This document shows positions 57,201 to 64,000 of a stretch of DNA of 64,000 nt, piece after piece; positions within the stretch are counted from its first letter, which is position 1; each line of letters begins with the position of its first letter. Under the pieces are notes generated by a model. It ran no database searches and was not told the DNA's origin. It saw only the letters and a list, made by a program, of their open reading frames with translations. A program made the translations under genes and the position numbers. Origin of the DNA: Eledone cirrhosa (taxonomy: Eukaryota); assembly GCA_964016885.1 (NCBI GenBank), contig OZ024744.1, positions 42,470,001 to 42,534,000 of the forward strand, given 5' to 3'.

Positions 57201-60200
57201 CTGTCATAGCTAACAATATCATAACACTGTCATAACTACCAATATCCTAACACTGTCATAACTACTAATATCATAACACTGTCATAACTACCAATATCAT
57301 AACACTGTCATAATTACTAATATCATAACACTGGCATAACAACCAATATCCTAACACTGTCATAATTACCAATATCATAACACTGTCATAACTACCAATA
57401 TCCTAACACTGTCAGAACTACCAATATCCTAACACTGTCATAACTACCAATATCCTAACACTGTCATAACTACCAATATCATAACACTGTCATAACTACC
57501 AATATCATAACACTGTCATAACTACCAATATCATAACACTGTCATAACTACCAATATCATAACACTGTCATAACTGCCAATATCCTAACACTGTCATAAC
57601 TATCAATATCCTAACACTGTCATAACTACCAATATCATATCGCTGTCATAACTACCAATATCATAACACTGTCATAACTACCAATATTATAACATTGTCA
57701 TAACTACCAATATTATATCACTGTCATAACTACCAATATCATAACACTGTCATAACTACTAATATCATAACACTGGCATAACAACCAATATCCTAACACT
57801 GTCATAACTACCAATATCCTAACACTGTCATAACTATCAATATCCTTACACTGCCATAACTACCAATATCATATCACTGTCATAACTACCAATATTATAA
57901 CATTGTCATAACTACCAATATCATATCACTGTCATAACAACCAATATCATAACACTGTCATAACTACTAATATCATAACACTGGCATAACAACCAATATC
58001 CTAACACTGTCATAATTACCAATATCATAACACTGTCATAACTACCAATATCATAACACTGTCATAACTACCAATATCCTAACACTGTCATAACTACCAA
58101 TATCCTAACACTCATAACTACCTATATCATAACACTGTCATAACTACCAATATCCTAACACTGTCATAACTACCAATATCATATCACTGTCATAACTACC
58201 AATATCCTAACACTGTCATAACTACCAATATCCTAACACTCATAACTACCTATATCATAACACTGTCATAACTACCAATATCCTAACACTGTCATAACTA
58301 CCAATATCATATCACTGTCATAACTACCAATATTATATCACTGTCATAACTACCAATATCATAACACTGTCATAACTACCAATATCGTAACACTATCATA
58401 ACAACCAATATCATAGCACTGTCATAACTACCAATATCATAACACTGTCATAATTACCAATATCCTAATACTGTCATAACTACCAATATCATAACATTGT
58501 CATAACTACCAATATCATAACATTGTCATAACTACGAATATCATATCACTATCATAAATACCAATATCATAACACTGTCATAACTACCAATATCATATCA
58601 CTGTCATGACTACCAATATCATAACATTGTCATAACTACCAATATCATAACACTGTTATAACTACCAATATCATAACAATGTAATAACTACCAATATCAT
58701 AACACTGTCATAACTACCAATATCATAACACTGTCATAACTACCAATATCATAACACAATCATAACTACCAATATCATAACACTGTCATAATTACCAATA
58801 TCATAACACTGTCATAATTACCAATATCATAACACAATCATAACTACCAATATCCTAACACTGTCATAACTACCAATATCATAACATTGTCATAATTACC
58901 AATATCATAACACAATCATAACTACCAATATCATATCACTGTCATAACTACCAATATCATAACACTGTCATAATTACCAATATCATAACACTGTCATAAC
59001 TACCAATATCCTAACACTGTCATAACTACCAATATCGTAACACTATCATAACTACCAATATCATAGCACTGTCATAACTACCAATATCATAACACTGTCA
59101 TAACTACCAATATCATATCACTGTCATAACTACCAATATCATAACTGTCATAACTACCAATATCCTAACACTGTCATAACTACCAATATCATAACATTGT
59201 CATAACTACCAATATCATAACATCGTCATAACTACCAATATCATATCACTATCATAACTACCAATATCATAACACTGTCATAACTACCAATATCATATCA
59301 CTGTCATAACTACCAATATCATAACACTGTCATAACTACCAATATCCTAACACTGTCATAACTACTAATATGATAACATTGTCATAAATACCGATATCAT
59401 AACATCGTCATAACTACCAATATCATATCACTATCATAACTACCAATATCATAACACTGTCATAACTACCAATATCATATCACTGTCATAACTACCAATA
59501 TCCTAACACTGTCATAACTACCAATATCCTAACACTGTCATAACTACCAATATCATAACACTGTCATAACTAGTAATATCATAATGTCATAACTACCAAT
59601 ATTCTAATACTGTCATAATTACCAATATCATAACACTTCATAATTACCCATATCCTAACACTGTCATAACTACCAATATCCTAACACTGTCATAACTACC
59701 AATATTATAACATTGTCATAACTACCAATATCCTAACGCTGTCATAACTACCAATATCCTAACACTCATAACTACCTATATCATAACACTGTCATAACTA
59801 CCAATATCCTAACACTGTCATAACTACCAATATCATATCACTGTCATAACTACCAATATTATATCACTGTCATAACTACAAATATCATAACACTGTCATA
59901 ACTACCAATATCGTAACACTATCATAACAACCAATATCATAGCACTGTCATAACTACCAATATCATAACACTGTCATAATTACCAATATCCTAATACTGT
60001 CATAACTACCAATATCATAACATTGTCATAACTACCAATATCATAACATTGTCATAACTACCAATATCATATCACTATCATAAATACCAATATCATAACA
60101 CTGTCATAACTACCAATATCATATCACTGTCATGACTACCAATATCATAACATTGTCATAACTACCAATATCATAACACTGTTATAACTACCAATATCAT

Positions 60201-63200
60201 AACAATGTAATAACTACTAATATCATAACACTGTCATAACTACCAATATCATAACACTGTCATAACTACCAATATCATAACACAATCATAACTACCAATA
60301 TCATAACACTGTCATAATTACCAATATCATAACACTGTCATAACTACCAATATCCTAACACTGTCATAACTACCAATATCATAACATTGTCATAATTACC
60401 AATATCATAACACAATCATAACTACCAATATCATATCACTGTCATAACTACCAATATCATAACACTGTCATAATTACCAATATCATAACACTGTCATAAC
60501 TACCAATATCCTAACACTGTCATAACTACCAATATCGTAACACTATCATAACTACCAATATCATAGCACTGTCATAACTACCAATATCATAACACTGTCA
60601 TAACTACCAATATCATATCACTGTCATAACTACCAATATCATAACTGTCATAACTACCAATATCCTAACACTGTCATAACTACCAATATCATAACATTGT
60701 CATAACTACCAATATCATAACATCGTCATAACTACCAATATCATATTACTATCATAACTACCAATCGCATAACACTGTCATAACTACCAATATCATATCA
60801 CTGTCATAACTACCAATATCATAACACTGTCATAACTACCAATATCCTAACACTGTCATAACTACTAATATGATAACATTGTCATAAATACCGATATCAT
60901 AACATCGTCATAACTACCAATATCATATCACTATCATAACTACCAATATCATAACACTGTCATAACTACCAATATCATATCACTGTCATAACTACCAATA
61001 TCCTAACACTGTCATAACTACCAATATCCTAACACTGTCATAACTACCAATATCATAACACTGTCATAACTAGTAATATCATAATGTCATAACTACCAAT
61101 ATTCTAATACTGTCATAATTACCAATATCATAACACTGTCATAACTACCAATATTATAACATTGTCATAACTACCAATATCATAACACTGTCATAACTAG
61201 CAATATCATAACACTGTCATAACTACTAATATCATAACACTGTCATAACTACCAATATCATAACACTGTCATAACTAGTAATATCCTAACACTGTCATAA
61301 CTACTAATATCATAACACTGTCATAACTACCAATATCCTAACACTGTCATAATAACCAATATCATATCACTGTCATAACTACCAATATCCTAACACTGTC
61401 ATAATTACAAATATCATAACACTGTCATAACTACCAATATCCTAACACTGCCATAGCTACCAATATCCTAGCACTGTCATAATTACCAATATCATAACAC
61501 TGTGGTAATTACCAATATCATAACAGTGTCATAATTACCAATAAAATATCACTGTGATAACTACCAATATCATAACACTGTCATAACTACCAATATCATA
61601 ACACTGTCATAACTACCAATATCGTATCACTGTCATAACTACCAATATCCTAACACTGTCATAATTACCAATATCATATCACTGTCATAACTACCAATAT
61701 CCTAACACTGTCATAACTACCAATATCATAACATTGTCATAATTACCAATATCATAACACAATCATAACTACCAATATCATATCACTGTCATAACTATCG
61801 ATATGGTAACACTGTCATAATTACCAATATCATAACACTGTCATAACTACCAATATCCTAACACTGTCATACCTACTAATATCCTAACACTGTTATAACT
61901 ACCAATATCCTTACACTGTCATAACTAACAATATCATAACACTGTCATAACTACCAATATCCAAACACTGTCATAACTACTAATATCATAACACTGTCAT
62001 AACTACCAATACCCTAACACTGTCATAATTACCAATACCATAACACTGTCACAACTGCCAATATCCTACCACTGTCATAATTACCAATATCCTAACACTG
62101 TCATAACTATCAATATCCTTACACTGCCATAACTACCAATATCATATCACTGTCATAACTACCAATATTATAACATTGTCATAACTACCAATATCATATC
62201 ACTGTCATAACTACCAATATCATAACACTGTCATAACTACTAATATCATAACTGACATAACAACCAATATCCTAACACTGTCATAATTACCAATATCATA
62301 ACACTGTCATAACTACCAATATCATAACACTGTCATAACTACCAATATCCTAACACTGTCATAACTACCAATGTCCTAACACTCATAACTACCTATATCA
62401 TAACACTGTCATAACTACCAATATCCTAACACTGTCATAACTACCAATATCATAACTCTGTCATAACTACCAATATCCTAACACTGTCATAACTACCAAT
62501 ATCATAACACTGTCATAACTACTAATATCATAACTGACATAACAACCAATATCCTAACACTGTCATAATTACCAATATCATAACACTGTCATAACTACCA
62601 ATATCATAACACTGTCATAACTTCCATTATCCTAACACTGTCATAACTACCAATGTCCTAACACTCATAACTACCTATATCATAACACTGTCATAACTAC
62701 CAATATCCTAACACTGTCATAACTACCAATATCATAACTCTGTCATAACTACCAATATCCTAACACTGTCATAATTACCAATATCATAACACTGTCATAA
62801 TTACCCATATCCTAACACTGTCATAACTACCAATATCCTAACACTGTCATAACTACCAATATTATAACATTGTCATAACTACCAATATCCTAACGCTGTC
62901 ATAACTACCAATATCCGAACACTCATAACTACCTATATCATAACACTGTCATAACTACCAATATCCTAACACTGTCATAACTACCAATATCATATCACTG
63001 TCATAACTACCAATATTATATCACTGTCATAACTACCAATATCATAACACTGTCATAACTACCAATATCGTAACACTATCATAACAACCAATATCATAGC
63101 ACTGTCATAACTACCAATATCATAACACTGTCATAATTACCAATATCCTAATACTGTCATAACTACCAATATCATAACATTGTCATAACTACCAATATCA

Positions 63201-64000
63201 TAACATTGTCATAACTACCAATAACATATCACTATCATAAATACCAATATCATAACACTGTCATAACTACCAATATCATATCACTGTCATGACTACCAAT
63301 ATCATAACACAATCATAACTACCAATATCATATCACTGTCATAACTACCAATATCATAACACTGTCATAATTACCAATATCATAACACTGTCATAACTAC
63401 CAATATCCTAACACTGTCATAACTACCAATATCGTAACACTATCATAACTACCAATATCATAGCACTGTCATAACTACCAATATCATAACACTGTCATAA
63501 ATACCAATATCATATCACTGTCATAAATACCAATATCATAACTGTCATAACTACCAATATCCTAACACTGTCATAACTACCAATATCATAACATTGTCAT
63601 AACTACCAATATCATAACATCGTCAAAACTACCAATATCATATTACTATCATAACTACCAATATCATAACACTGTCATAACTACCAATATCATATCACTG
63701 TCATAACTACCAATATCATAACACTGTCATAACTACCAATATCCTAACACTGTCATAACTACTAATATGATAACATTGTCATAAATACCGATATCATAAC
63801 ATCGTCATAACTACCAATATCATATCACTATCATAACTACCAATATCATAACACTGTCATAACTACCAATATCATATCACTGTCATAACTACCAATATCC
63901 TAACACTGTCATAACTACCAATATCCTAACACTGTCATAACTACCAATATCATAACACTGTCATAACTAGTAATATCATAATGTCATAACTACCAATATT
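51290..64000. repeat. 26-bp tandem satellite, consensus CATAACTACCAATATCATAACACTGT
   Basis: About 480 monomers estimated from length; degenerate at the left edge; runs off the window. Confidence 0.97.

Noticed and set aside
51290-64000. CRISPR array or coding repeat
   Set aside because: Monomers are contiguous with no spacers, the context is eukaryotic, and no ORF of 60 aa or more is present.

Overview
Eukaryotic, AT-rich, microsatellite-dense DNA with no host gene I can support. The mix of repeats (RTE LINEs with C2H2 fingers, R4/Dong LINEs, tRNA/CORE-type SINEs, Penelope-like elements, long (TA)n/(CA)n tracts) suggests an octopus-type cephalopod genome; this is inference. Bases 1-51.3 kb are a nested transposon graveyard: several RTE families, CR1-like and R4-like LINE fragments, an internally deleted Gypsy (CsRn1-like) LTR element, a non-autonomous Helitron, SINEs and Penelope-like (GIY-YIG) fragments. 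Bases ~51.3-64 kb are a 26-bp satellite with kb-scale higher-order duplications. The main signal is non-coding. About a dozen sequence-unrelated, ORF-less modules sit at (TA)n tracts. Most have a fold-back (inverted) end, five are ~480-590-nt terminally redundant monomers, and many carry a minimal type I hammerhead ribozyme (including U3-A8 covariant cores) plus a shared RT(T/C)GAGYR motif. They look like a community of Penelope-dependent, retrozyme-like parasites. One RTE LINE begins exactly with an HDV-like ribozyme fold. All folds and alignments were done by eye.
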